NCBI GenBank assembly: GCA_963836205.1
Contig: CAWIIV010000008.1
Coordinates: 32,001 to 96,000, forward strand
Source of the DNA: an uncultured Acidimicrobiia bacterium
GTDB taxonomy: Bacteria > Actinomycetota > Acidimicrobiia > Acidimicrobiales > AC-14
Length of the DNA: 64,000 bases
Reading direction: 5' to 3'
Positions 17,745-27,526 of the stretch are shown here, piece by piece. Under the pieces are notes generated by a model that was given only the letters and a program-made list of their open reading frames with translations, did no database searches and was not told the origin of the DNA. Every line of letters begins with the position of its first letter. Position 1 is the first letter of the stretch. Made by a program: the position numbers and the translations under genes.

Positions 17745-20083
17745 GTGATCAGAGAGGCCCTGGCCGGGCAGCGCATCGGTATCACCGGCGCCACCGGGTT
17801 CCTGGGCACCGCCCTCGTCGAGCGGCTGCTGCGCTCGGTGCCCGACTGCGAGCTGGTCCTGCTCATCCGGGGCGGGCGCCGCACGAGCCCCGCCACCCGC
17901 GCCAAGCGGGAGCTGTTCGGCAACGACGCCTTCCGCCGCCTGCGGGCCGAATGGGGCAGCCGAGTTTCGACGCCAATGTCGCCCGCCGGGTCCACGTGGT
18001 CGCGGGCGACGTGTCGGTCGACGGCCTCGGCCTCGACGACGACGGCCGGGCCCTGTTCGCCACCTGCACCACCGTCATCCACTCCGCGGCCCGGGTGAGC
18101 TTCGACTCCCCCCTCGACGCGGCCGTCGAGGTCAACCTGGTCGGCCCTCTCCGGGTGCTGGAGGCCGTACGCGAATCCGCCGTCGCCACCGGCCAACCGC
18201 CCGCCCACCTGGTCACCGTCTCCACCGCCTACGTGGCCGGCAGCCGGCGGGGCCTGTCGCCCGAGGCCCCCCTGAGCGAGACCCCGTTCAGCACCGAGGT
18301 CGACTGGCGCAACGAGGTGGCCGCCGCCCGTCGCACTCGGGCCGACGCCGACGCCGAGAGCCGCCGCCCCGAGCTGTTGGCTCATTTCACCAAAGAGGCC
18401 CGGGACGAGCTGGGCGCGGCCGGCCCCCCACTGCTGGCGGCCAAGGCGGAGAAGCGGCGGGAGGCGTGGCTGTCGGACTGGATGGTGGAGGCCGGCCGCC
18501 AGCGGGCCAAGGCCCTGGGGTGGCCCGACGCCTACGCCTACACCAAGGCCCTGGCCGAACGGGCCGTCCACGAGACCAAGGGCGACGTGCCGGTGAGCGT
18601 CGTACGCCCGTCGATCATCGAGTCGGCCCTGGCCGAGCCGTCCCCGGGCTGGATCCGCGGCTTCCGGATGGCGGAGCCGGTGATCATCTCCTACGGCCGG
18701 GGCCTGCTCAAGGAGTTCCCCGGCATCCCCGAGGGGATCATCGACGTCATCCCCGTCGACCTGGTGGTGGCGGCCATCATCGCCACCGCGGCCGCCGGCC
18801 CCGAGCCCGACTCAAACGTGTTCCAGGTGGCCACGGGCAACCGGAACCCCCTGCGCTACAAGATGCTCGTCGACCTGGTGCGGGAGTACTTCCAGGCCAA
18901 TCCCCTCTACGACACCCACGGCCAGCCCATCGTGGTCACGCCGTGGCAGTTCTCCCGCCGGGGACGGGCCCAGAAGCAGCTCGAGCGGGGCATCAAGATG
19001 CTGGCCACGGCCGAGAAGGTGGTCAGCAACCTCCCCATCCGGGGGGAGAAGGCGGAGGTCACCGGCCGCCTCGAGGAGCGCCGCACCCTGGGCGAGCGGG
19101 CGTACGACTACGTCCGCCTCTACGGCGCCTACGCCGAGACCGAGGCCGTGTTCGACGACAGCCGGCTGCGGGCCCTGTGGGCGACGCTCGACGCCGCCGA
19201 CCAGGCCGCCTTCTGCTTCGACACGACGGTCATCGACTGGCAGAAGTACGTCCAGGAGGGCCACATGCCCTCGGTCGTGAAGCAGGCCCGGGTGCGCACC
19301 ACGAGCGGCGGCCGGGAGGGACTGTCCCGGTACGAGCGGGGCAAGCGGTCGGTCCTGTCCCCCGACCGCCACATCGCCGCCTTCGACCTGGAGAACACGC
19401 TCATCGCGTCCAACGTGGTGGAGAGCTACTCGTGGCTGGCCACCCGCCACAAGCCCGACGAGGACCGGCCCGCCTTCGTCATGAAGATGCTGTCCCAGGC
19501 GCCGGGGCTGCTGTCGCTCGACCGCAAGGACCGGGGCGACTTCCTCCGCCACTTCTACCGCCGCTACGAGGACGCCCCCGCCGACAAGCTCCGGGAGGAC
19601 GCCAAGCAGCTGTTCAGCTACCTGCTGCTGACCAAGTCGTTCCCCGAGGGCTTCCGCCGGGTGCGGGAGCACCAGAAGCTCGGCCACCGGACGGTCCTCA
19701 TCACCGGCTCCCTCGACTTCATCGTCGAGCCCCTCCGGCCGCTGTTCGACGAGATCGTGTGCGCCCGGCTGGTGGAGAAGGACGGGTATTTCACCGGCGA
19801 GCTGCTCGACTCTCCGCCCACGGGCGAGGCGAGGGCCCTGCTGATGGCGTCGTATGCCGAGGCCGAGGGGCTGTCGCTGTCGGAGTCGATCGCCTACGCC
19901 GACTCGGCCAGTGACCTTCCCATGCTGGAAGCGGTCGGACACCCCGTGGCCGTCAACGCCGAGCCCAAGCTGGCCGCCATCGCCCGCAAGCGGGGCTGGC
20001 ACGTGGAGCAGTGGACCAAGTCGTCGGGCGGGGCCCAGGGTCTCCTCCCGCTGGCGCCGCGCCTGGTCGGGGGCGCCCAATGA
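17745..20083 (+). CDS. Fatty acyl-CoA reductase (NAD_binding_4/male-sterility) fused to a HAD-IB hydrolase; frameshift in a G-run near 17953
   Basis: ITGATGFLG, HSAARVSFD, VSTAYV, WPDAYAYTKALAE, VRPSIIES, DVIPVDLV; HAD part AAFDLENTLI, LITGS, AYADSASDLPMLEAVGHPVAVN. Confidence 0.88.
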
Positions 20084-20093
20084 AGGGGACACA

Positions 20094-21266
20094 GTGAAGG
20101 CCATCCAGGTCGTCGACTCCCTCCCCCGCTACGGGCTGGCCAAGGTGGCGGGCTCTTTGGCGCCCGGGCTGGGGGCGAAGGTGGGCCCGGTGTCATTGGT
20201 CGACGTCGACGAGCCCGGCCTGCCCGCCGCCGGCTGGCACCGGGTGCGCCCCCGGCTTTCGGGCATCTGCGGGTCCGACCTGGCCACGGTCGACGGCAAG
20301 TCGTCTCCGTACTTCCAGCCGTTGGTGTCGTTCCCGTTCGTGTTGGGCCACGAGATCGTGGGCGACCTCGACTCGGCGAGCGGCGGACGGGTGGTCATCG
20401 AGCCGGTCCTGGGCTGCGCCGCCCGGGGGGTCGACCCGCCGTGCCGGGAGTGCGCCGCCGGGCGGACCGACAACTGCGAGCGCACCGCCTTCGGCCACCT
20501 CAAGCCGGGGCTGCAGACGGGGTACTGCCACGACACGGGCGGCGGGTGGTCGACGTCGATGGTCGCCCACCAGAGCCAGATCCACCCGGTCCCCGACCAG
20601 CTCGACGACGACGCCGCGGTGATGGTGGAGCCGGCCGCGTGCGCGGTGCACGGCGTGATGGGCGCCGAAGGAGGCACGGTGCTCGTTTTGGGGGCGGGCA
20701 CCCTCGGGCTGTGCGCCATCGCCGCCCTCCGCCGCTTCACCAACCCGGGCACCCTCATCGCCACCGCCAAGTACCCCGAGCAGCGGAAATGGGCCAAGGA
20801 GCTGGGCGCCGACGTGGTGGTGGAGCCCCGGGAGACGCACCGCCTGGTGCGGAGGGCCACCCGGTCGCTCAGGGTGGGCGCCAGCCTGTCGGGCGGCGTC
20901 GACGTGGTGATCGACTGCGTGGGCAGCGCCAAGTCGATCGAGGAGGACCTGGCCGTGGTCCGGCCGGGGGGCGACGTCATCCTCCTGGGCATGCCCTCGA
21001 CGGTGACGGTCGACCTCACTCCCCTGTGGCACCGCCAGATCCGCGTGCGGGGGTCGTACGCCTACGGCACCGAGTCGTTCGACGGCGAGCCCCGGCGCAC
21101 GTTCGACCTCGCCTTCGACCTGGTGGAGCACGCCCGGCTGGGCCGGCTGGTCTCCGCCCGCTACCCCCTCGACCGCTACCGTGAGGCCATCGACCACGCC
21201 GCCAACGCCGGATCCCGGGGCGCGGTCAAGGTGGTTTTCGACCTACGAGGAGAGAAGCGTCGTTGA
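20094..21266 (+). CDS. Zinc-binding (MDR) dehydrogenase
   Basis: SGICGSD, LGHE, CRECAAGRTDNC, VEPAAC, LGAGTLG. Confidence 0.9.
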   Translation: MKAIQVVDSLPRYGLAKVAGSLAPGLGAKVGPVSLVDVDEPGLPAAGWHRVRPRLSGICGSDLATVDGKSSPYFQPLVSFPFVLGHEIVGDLDSASGGRVVIEPVLGCAARGVDPPCRECAAGRTDNCERTAFGHLKPGLQTGYCHDTGGGWSTSMVAHQSQIHPVPDQLDDDAAVMVEPAACAVHGVMGAEGGTVLVLGAGTLGLCAIAALRRFTNPGTLIATAKYPEQRKWAKELGADVVVEPRETHRLVRRATRSLRVGASLSGGVDVVIDCVGSAKSIEEDLAVVRPGGDVILLGMPSTVTVDLTPLWHRQIRVRGSYAYGTESFDGEPRRTFDLAFDLVEHARLGRLVSARYPLDRYREAIDHAANAGSRGAVKVVFDLRGEKRR

Positions 21267-21291
21267 GCAGTGCCCCCTTGAGAAGACGACG

Positions 21292-22875
21292 ATGAGTCGA
21301 CCTGGTTTCGTTCTGGAGGTCGACCGGTCGACGCCTCCCATCCTGTTCCACCATGGCGAGGGCTTCCGGCTGGAGAAGCTCCCGTCCGGCAGCCGGGTGG
21401 TCTATCCGGCCGAGCCCGTCACCCCCCTCGACGACCCCGAGGGCGCCATCCGCCACGCCCTCGAGCACCCCGTCGGCGACAGCGAACCCCTGCGGGCCCT
21501 CCTCCGCCCGGGGATGAAGCTCACCATCGCCTTCGACAACGAGGCGGTGCCCCTTCCCCCGATGGCCGGTCCCGACAACCGCCAACGGGTGATCGAGGCG
21601 GTCCTTGAGTTGGCGGCCGAGGCAGGGGTCGACGACGTGGTGCTCATCGCCGCCCACGGCCTGCACCGGCGGGCCACCGAGGCCGAGCTCCGGCACATGC
21701 TGGGCGACCGGGTCTACGACGCCTTCGCCCCCCACGGCGCCCTCCAGCAGCACGACGCCGAGGACCACGACAACCTGATCGTGGTCGGCAAGACGGCCGA
21801 GGGTGAGTACGTCGAGGTCAACAAGCGGGCCGCCACCTCCGACCTGCTGGTCTACGTCAACATCAACCTGGTGGCGATGGACGGCGGCCACAAGTCCACC
21901 ATGACCGGCCTCGTCTCCTACCGGAGCCTCAAGCACCACCACAACGTGGTCGGCATGCAGCACAGCCGGTCGTTCATGGACCCGCCCAACTCCGAGCTGC
22001 ACAACGCCACCTGGCGCATGGGCCGGGTGTTGGCCCAGCACTGCAAGGTCTTCCAGATCGAGACCACCCTCAACTCCGACACCTTCCCCAGCCAGTTCGC
22101 CTTCCTGCAGAAGCGGGAGTGGGAGTGGTCGTTGCGGGATCGGGCGACGTACCTGGCCACCGCCAAGAGCCTCGACCGGTGCCCGCCGGCGATGGCCCGC
22201 AAGATCATGCACGGGATCAAGTCGCCCCAGAAGATGACGAGCGTGCAGGCGGGCGAGGTGGAGGCGGTGCACCGGCTCACCCTGGCCGAGGTCCACCGCC
22301 AGCACTGCGTGCCGGTGGAGGGCCAGGCCGACATCGTCACCATGGGGCTGCCCTACATCGGGCCGTACAACGTCAACTCGATCATGAACCCGCTGCTGGT
22401 GATGTGCCTCGGCCTCGGGTACTTCTTCAACCTCTACCGGGGCAAGCCCCTCGTGCGGGAGGGCGGCGTGGTCATCCTCAGCCACCCCACCCGGTGGGAG
22501 TTCCACCCCGTCCACCACCCGAGCTACATCGACTTCTTCGAGCAGGTGCTGGCGGAGACCACCGACCCCCTCGAGATCGAGAAGAAGTTCGAGGACGACT
22601 TCGCCAACGACCCCTGGTACATCCACCTGTACCGCAACTCCTACGCCTACCACGGAGTCCATGCGTTCTACATGTGGTACTGGGGCGCGCACGCGTTGCA
22701 GCACGTGGGAGGGGTCATCATCGTCGGCGGCGACCCCAAGGCGGTGCGGCGGATGGGCTTCAAGCCGGCGTCGACGATGCGCGACGCCCTGGAGATGGCG
22801 GAGGACGTGGTCGGCCGCGACCCGTCGATCACCCACTTCCACGCCCCGCCGATCCTTTTGGCGGACGTCACCTGA
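21292..22875 (+). CDS. Lactate racemase (LarA/DUF2088) domain protein
   Basis: IRHALEHP, LTIAFD, AHGLHR, HDAED, VEVNK, GGHKS, GGVVIL. Confidence 0.8.
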   Translation: MSRPGFVLEVDRSTPPILFHHGEGFRLEKLPSGSRVVYPAEPVTPLDDPEGAIRHALEHPVGDSEPLRALLRPGMKLTIAFDNEAVPLPPMAGPDNRQRVIEAVLELAAEAGVDDVVLIAAHGLHRRATEAELRHMLGDRVYDAFAPHGALQQHDAEDHDNLIVVGKTAEGEYVEVNKRAATSDLLVYVNINLVAMDGGHKSTMTGLVSYRSLKHHHNVVGMQHSRSFMDPPNSELHNATWRMGRVLAQHCKVFQIETTLNSDTFPSQFAFLQKREWEWSLRDRATYLATAKSLDRCPPAMARKIMHGIKSPQKMTSVQAGEVEAVHRLTLAEVHRQHCVPVEGQADIVTMGLPYIGPYNVNSIMNPLLVMCLGLGYFFNLYRGKPLVREGGVVILSHPTRWEFHPVHHPSYIDFFEQVLAETTDPLEIEKKFEDDFANDPWYIHLYRNSYAYHGVHAFYMWYWGAHALQHVGGVIIVGGDPKAVRRMGFKPASTMRDALEMAEDVVGRDPSITHFHAPPILLADVT

Positions 22876-22890
22876 CGTGAGCCAGAAGAA

Positions 22891-23808
22891 GTGAGACTGC
22901 CCCGGCCCAAGTTCCCGCTGGGGCCGCCGACGTGGCCCACGCCGGTGCCCCGGCCCCCGGTGGAGCAGGAGACGGGCGCCGCCTACGACACCGCCTGGGC
23001 CCGCAAGTTCCCGGCCCGGGTGGCACGGGCGATGATCGTCGACGACGTGCTCCGGCCGGTGGCCCACCTCCTGGCCCGGCCCCAGGTCACAGGCCTCGAC
23101 CGGCTCGACGACCTCGACGGGCCCGTGATCTTCGTGGCCAACCACAACAGCCACCTCGACACCACCCTGCTCCTGGCGACCATGCCCGAGAAGTGGCGCC
23201 ACAAGACGGTGGTTGCCGCGGCGGCCGACTACTTCTTCCCCACCAAGTTCAAGGGGGCGCTCTCCGCGCTCACCATCGGGGCCATCCCGATGGAGCGCAC
23301 CCGGGTCGACCGCCGGTCGGCCGACCTGGCCGCCGAGCTGCTGGCCGACGGCTGGAGCGTGCTGATCTTCCCCGAGGGGGGCCGCAGCGCCGACGGGTGG
23401 ACCACCACCTTCCGGGGCGGCGCCGCCTACCTGGCCCTGCGCTGCGACCGGCCGGTGGTGCCGGTGCACCTCGAAGGCACCCGCAAGGTGTGGAAGCGGG
23501 GCGAGAAGCTGCCGACGCCGATAGAGAAGAAGTCGGCGGTGGCGGTGACCTTCGGGGCGCCGATGTGGCCTGAAAAGGGGGCGGATGGGAAGGTGGAAAG
23601 CTCTCGGCGCTTCGCGGGCCGGATCGAGGCCGAGGTGGCCACCCTGGCCGACGAGCAGCGCACCGACTGGTGGCAGGCCCGCAAACGGGCCGCGGCCGAG
23701 GCCACCCCCTCGCTCAAGGGCCCGGAGGCGGGCGCCTGGCGGCGGTCGTGGGCACTCGAGGGGCAGGGCCGGGCGTCGGTCTCCCGAGATTGGCCCGACT
23801 CCCCCTGA
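22891..23808 (+). CDS. Lysophospholipid acyltransferase (PlsC family)
   Basis: [29 protein letters not shown]. Confidence 0.92.
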   Translation: MRLPRPKFPLGPPTWPTPVPRPPVEQETGAAYDTAWARKFPARVARAMIVDDVLRPVAHLLARPQVTGLDRLDDLDGPVIFVANHNSHLDTTLLLATMPEKWRHKTVVAAAADYFFPTKFKGALSALTIGAIPMERTRVDRRSADLAAELLADGWSVLIFPEGGRSADGWTTTFRGGAAYLALRCDRPVVPVHLEGTRKVWKRGEKLPTPIEKKSAVAVTFGAPMWPEKGADGKVESSRRFAGRIEAEVATLADEQRTDWWQARKRAAAEATPSLKGPEAGAWRRSWALEGQGRASVSRDWPDSP

Positions 23809-23830
23809 CCCCGCCACGGTCGGGCCGGTC

Positions 23831-24598
23831 GTGACCGCGGCGCGGCTGGCGTTCGTCGTCAGCGGGGCGCCGGGCACCCCGGAAAGCCTGGCGAACCTCC
23901 GCCGCCGGTATGGCAACGTCGAGCCGGAGGACGCCGAGGTCATCGTCGCCATCGGCGGCGACGGCTTCATGATCGAGTCGCTGCACCGTTACCTGCCCCT
24001 CGACGTCCCGATCTACGGGATGCACGGCGGCACGGTCGGGTTCCTCATGAACACCTACTGCGAGGACGGGCTGCGGGAGCGGGTGCAGGCGGCCGAGCTG
24101 AGCGTGCTCCACCCCCTGCGCATGCTCGCCACCAGCGCCGACGGGACCACGGTGAACGCCCTCGCCATCAACGAGGTGTCCCTGTTGCGCCAGACCCGCC
24201 AGGCGGCCAAGGTCCGCATCACCATCGACAACACGGTGCGGGTCGACGAGCTGATCTGCGACGGGGTCCTGCTGGCCACGCCGGCGGGGAGCAGCGCCTA
24301 CAACTTCTCCGCCCACGGGCCCATCATCCCCATCGGGGCGTCGGTGTTGGCCCTGACGCCGATCAGCGCCTTCCGCCCCCGGCGGTGGCGGGGTGCCCTC
24401 CTCGACTCCAAGGCCCGGGTGCGGTTCGAGACGATCGAGCACTGGAAGCGCCCCCTGAGCGCGGTGGCCGACCACACCGAGGTCCGCAACGTGCTGACGG
24501 TGGACGTGGGGGAGGACCCGAGCGTCGACCTCCGCATCCTCTTCGACGCCGATCACAACCTCGAGGAACGCATCCTCCGGGAGCAATTCACCACGTAA
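23831..24598 (+). CDS. nadK: NAD kinase
   Basis: [39 protein letters not shown]. Confidence 0.93.
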   Translation: MTAARLAFVVSGAPGTPESLANLRRRYGNVEPEDAEVIVAIGGDGFMIESLHRYLPLDVPIYGMHGGTVGFLMNTYCEDGLRERVQAAELSVLHPLRMLATSADGTTVNALAINEVSLLRQTRQAAKVRITIDNTVRVDELICDGVLLATPAGSSAYNFSAHGPIIPIGASVLALTPISAFRPRRWRGALLDSKARVRFETIEHWKRPLSAVADHTEVRNVLTVDVGEDPSVDLRILFDADHNLEERILREQFTT

Positions 24599-24862
24599 GC
24601 GGGCGGGGCCTTCGGGAGCCCGATGACATGGGACTCGCTTGTCTGACGTGAAGCGAGCCGACATGTCGCGGAAGGCGGGGAATGGCCCCGGATGCATGCC
24701 GCCAAGTGATTCGTACGGCCTATTCGCCGAAGCGCTCAAGTATTTCGGACCTGCTGCCGACGAAGCAGGCCAACCTGAATCACAACTTTTCGGCAACAAA
24801 GTACCGACGAAGGCGCGTGAGCGTCGGAGCTGGGGTGCTGCCGCCGGAGAAGGAGATCGATC

Positions 24863-25909
24863 GTGTTCTCGCGTCTTTGTCGCGCCGCGGCTGCAGTTCT
24901 GACGACCGCGGTGGTCATGGTCCTGGCCCCGGCCTCACCGGCGTCGGCCGACGTCGCCTCCGACGAGTCCCGTGTCTTGACCTTGATTCAGCAGACCCGA
25001 TCGTCGGCGGGGGCGCCGGCACTGCGCGTCGACGCGTCGCTGACCTCGGTGGCCCGGAACTGGGCGGCCAAGATGGCCAGCGACGGCACCATCTCCCACA
25101 ACGTCGGCATCGGATCGACGATCAAGGCGTCGAAGCTGTCCGAGAACGTCGGCATGGGTGGAAGCGTCGACATCGTGCACCAGGCGTTTCTCAACAGCCC
25201 CGGCCACCGGGCGAACATGGTCGACAAGGGCGTCAACTCGGTCGGCGTGGGCGTGGCCTGGGCCAAGGGGTACGTGTACGTGGTCCAGGACTACGCCATG
25301 CTCTCCGGCTCGTCGACGCCTCCCCCGCCCAACCGGGCGCCGGCGGTGCCGACCCTGCCCACGCCGGCCAACGCCACCGTCGTGCGCAGCGCCCCCACCC
25401 AGGCGTCGGCCCGCTACGCCGACCCCGACGGCCACTCCGGGCGGGTGTTCTTCGCGGTGACCGACGAGACGGGCAAGGTGGTGCGCCAGGCATGGAGCCC
25501 CCTCGTGTGCAACACCTGCCGGGCGTCGGTGACCTTCGCCGCCCTCCCCGACGGCTTCTACGGCCTCGTGACCGCCGCCTACGACGGCAACCTGACCTCG
25601 GCGGTGTCGCCGACGTGGGCGTTCACCGTCGACCGCAACGTGCCCCGCGCGCCGTCGAGCCTCAAGCGGGTGGGCGCCAACGCCACCGCCGTCTACAGCG
25701 ATCCTGACGGCACCGCCGGCTGGGTGCGGGTCTACGTCCTGAACGCTGCCGGCACCATCCTCAGCGAGGGGTGGACGGCCCGGGTGTGCTCCGGTTGCAC
25801 CGTCACCTACCCGCTCCCCGCCCTCGGCGCCGGCACCTACCGCCTGCACGCCATCTCCTACGACGGCCTCCTGTCGACGGCGGTCGGGCCGGTGGAGTTC
25901 CGAGTCTGA
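24863..25909 (+). CDS. Secreted CAP (SCP) domain protein with two repeated beta-sandwich modules
   Basis: Signal peptide; ISHN, ENVG, FLNSPGHRANM, VGVGV; duplicated Y.DPDG..G.V..W...VCxxC...L..G.Y.L.A..YDG. Confidence 0.85.
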   Translation: MFSRLCRAAAAVLTTAVVMVLAPASPASADVASDESRVLTLIQQTRSSAGAPALRVDASLTSVARNWAAKMASDGTISHNVGIGSTIKASKLSENVGMGGSVDIVHQAFLNSPGHRANMVDKGVNSVGVGVAWAKGYVYVVQDYAMLSGSSTPPPPNRAPAVPTLPTPANATVVRSAPTQASARYADPDGHSGRVFFAVTDETGKVVRQAWSPLVCNTCRASVTFAALPDGFYGLVTAAYDGNLTSAVSPTWAFTVDRNVPRAPSSLKRVGANATAVYSDPDGTAGWVRVYVLNAAGTILSEGWTARVCSGCTVTYPLPALGAGTYRLHAISYDGLLSTAVGPVEFRV

Positions 25910-25918
25910 GGGGACGGC

Positions 25919-27331
25919 TCACCACCTGACCCAACCGGTGGTCGACGCGTGCATGCCCCGGGCGTCGACCCAAGCGAAGGTCTGCCCCATCCATGCGCCG
26001 TTCTCGATCGGGCTCGACGCGAGGCTGTCGATCCTCGACCCGTCGGCGCGGCACTGGGTGAGGTTGTTCTCGCCCCGTCGCCGATACGGTTCCCGGATGG
26101 TTCGCCGGTCGCGAACCATGTTGTCGGAGATGCACCAGCCGATCTCGTCGAACGCCGGTGTGCGGGTATGCCCGGTGACGAGGTCGACCGCGACCGAGAT
26201 CCCGTCCTCCCGGCCAATCGCGAACTCGAACCGTGACAGCCTCACCAGTGGAGCCCGGTCGAGGACGAGCGCCAAGGCCGGACCCAGGTCGGCTTCCCAG
26301 ACGGTGGTACCGGTTTTGGGATCGAACCGCTCGATCACGGCTGACAGTCCAGTGACGACCACCTCGTCGTCGGGGTCGTCGGGATCGTTCGTGAGGGTCC
26401 CCGTCATTCGGCACCGGATCGGCTCGGAGCGCAGGAGCGCGGTGGCAAGCACGAAGCCGCAACCGAGGGCGGCGCCGTCTTCGACCCAGACCACCGATCC
26501 CGTGGCCGCGTCGACCCCGGCGATGCTGTACTCGGACAGGTCGATGGAACCGGGCACGTACGGCCAGCCCAGTGACCCCACGAGGAGGTCGCCGTGGCGA
26601 TCCCAGTTCCACCCGTAGTCCGAGCTGACCGGCCGTCCCTCGAAGAGCTCGGGCGCGGTCTTCGTCCAGAGAGTGCGGCCGGACGGGTCGATGGCGGCGA
26701 TGATTTCAGGGTCGCGCCCACCGAGGTCGTAGAGCCCGGAGCCGAGAGGTCGTCCGCCGGGTGCGGGCTCAGCCGAGGCGGACCGTGCGGTGACCTTCCC
26801 GTCGGCTTTGGCAATTCGAAGCGCCCGCGCCGGCTCGGGCGCCGTGTCAGTCACGCAGAACGCGGTGCTGTCGTCTTCGCAGTCGTAGAGGCTGCCGGCC
26901 AGGGTCAGTGTCCCGGTCGTGCGCCACACCTCGGCGCCGGACGCAGCATCGACGGCAATGACGAGGACGCTCGGGCCGAGGCGGTCGACGTCGACCGGGG
27001 TCCCGAAGTAGACGAGCCGATCGTCGGACGCCAGATGGAGCGTGACGCCGGAGGTGAGTCCCGAAACCGACGCTGGGATCTCCCACGCGACTGTGCCGGT
27101 GGTGGCATCGACGCCGGCCACGGCCAGCCAGCCGTCCCGCTCCAGGTAGGCGACGAACCGCCCACCGGCGGCGCGGGGTTGGCTGATCCAGTGGACGTCG
27201 GGATTCGTCCAGCTGACCGGAGGTGCGCTGCGGGCTACGCGGCCGGCGCCGTCGTTGGTCGAGGTGCAGGCGGGGCCCAGGGCAAGAGCCGACGCCGCCA
27301 GTACCGAGGCCAGCCGGTACCTGGATGACAT
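25919..27331 (-). CDS. Lipoprotein with PQQ-like beta-propeller repeats
   Basis: Lipobox-like LGPAC; repeats GVDATTGTVAW, AVDAASGAEVW, GVDAATGSVVW, RFDPKTGTTVW. Confidence 0.75.
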   Translation of the reverse strand: MSSRYRLASVLAASALALGPACTSTNDGAGRVARSAPPVSWTNPDVHWISQPRAAGGRFVAYLERDGWLAVAGVDATTGTVAWEIPASVSGLTSGVTLHLASDDRLVYFGTPVDVDRLGPSVLVIAVDAASGAEVWRTTGTLTLAGSLYDCEDDSTAFCVTDTAPEPARALRIAKADGKVTARSASAEPAPGGRPLGSGLYDLGGRDPEIIAAIDPSGRTLWTKTAPELFEGRPVSSDYGWNWDRHGDLLVGSLGWPYVPGSIDLSEYSIAGVDAATGSVVWVEDGAALGCGFVLATALLRSEPIRCRMTGTLTNDPDDPDDEVVVTGLSAVIERFDPKTGTTVWEADLGPALALVLDRAPLVRLSRFEFAIGREDGISVAVDLVTGHTRTPAFDEIGWCISDNMVRDRRTIREPYRRRGENNLTQCRADGSRIDSLASSPIENGAWMGQTFAWVDARGMHASTTGWVRW

Positions 27332-27526
27332 GTAACCCCCTTGGTCAACATGACGTAGCGCGAAAGATAGCGCACAGGCGGGCAAACAAGCCGCTCGACC
27401 GCCGCCGTCGGCTACCCTGGGGCCCGACTCACCGGGGCAGCGGCAATGGCGCCTCTCCCGCTTCCCGAAGCTCACTGAGGGGGCGCCCCGGGTTCCTGCA
27501 CACCTCCGTCGAGGAAGGCCACCTGC

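Noticed and set aside
17945-17960. Programmed frameshift in the FAR gene
   Set aside because: A single missing G in a homopolymer, no slippery heptamer; a sequencing indel is more likely.
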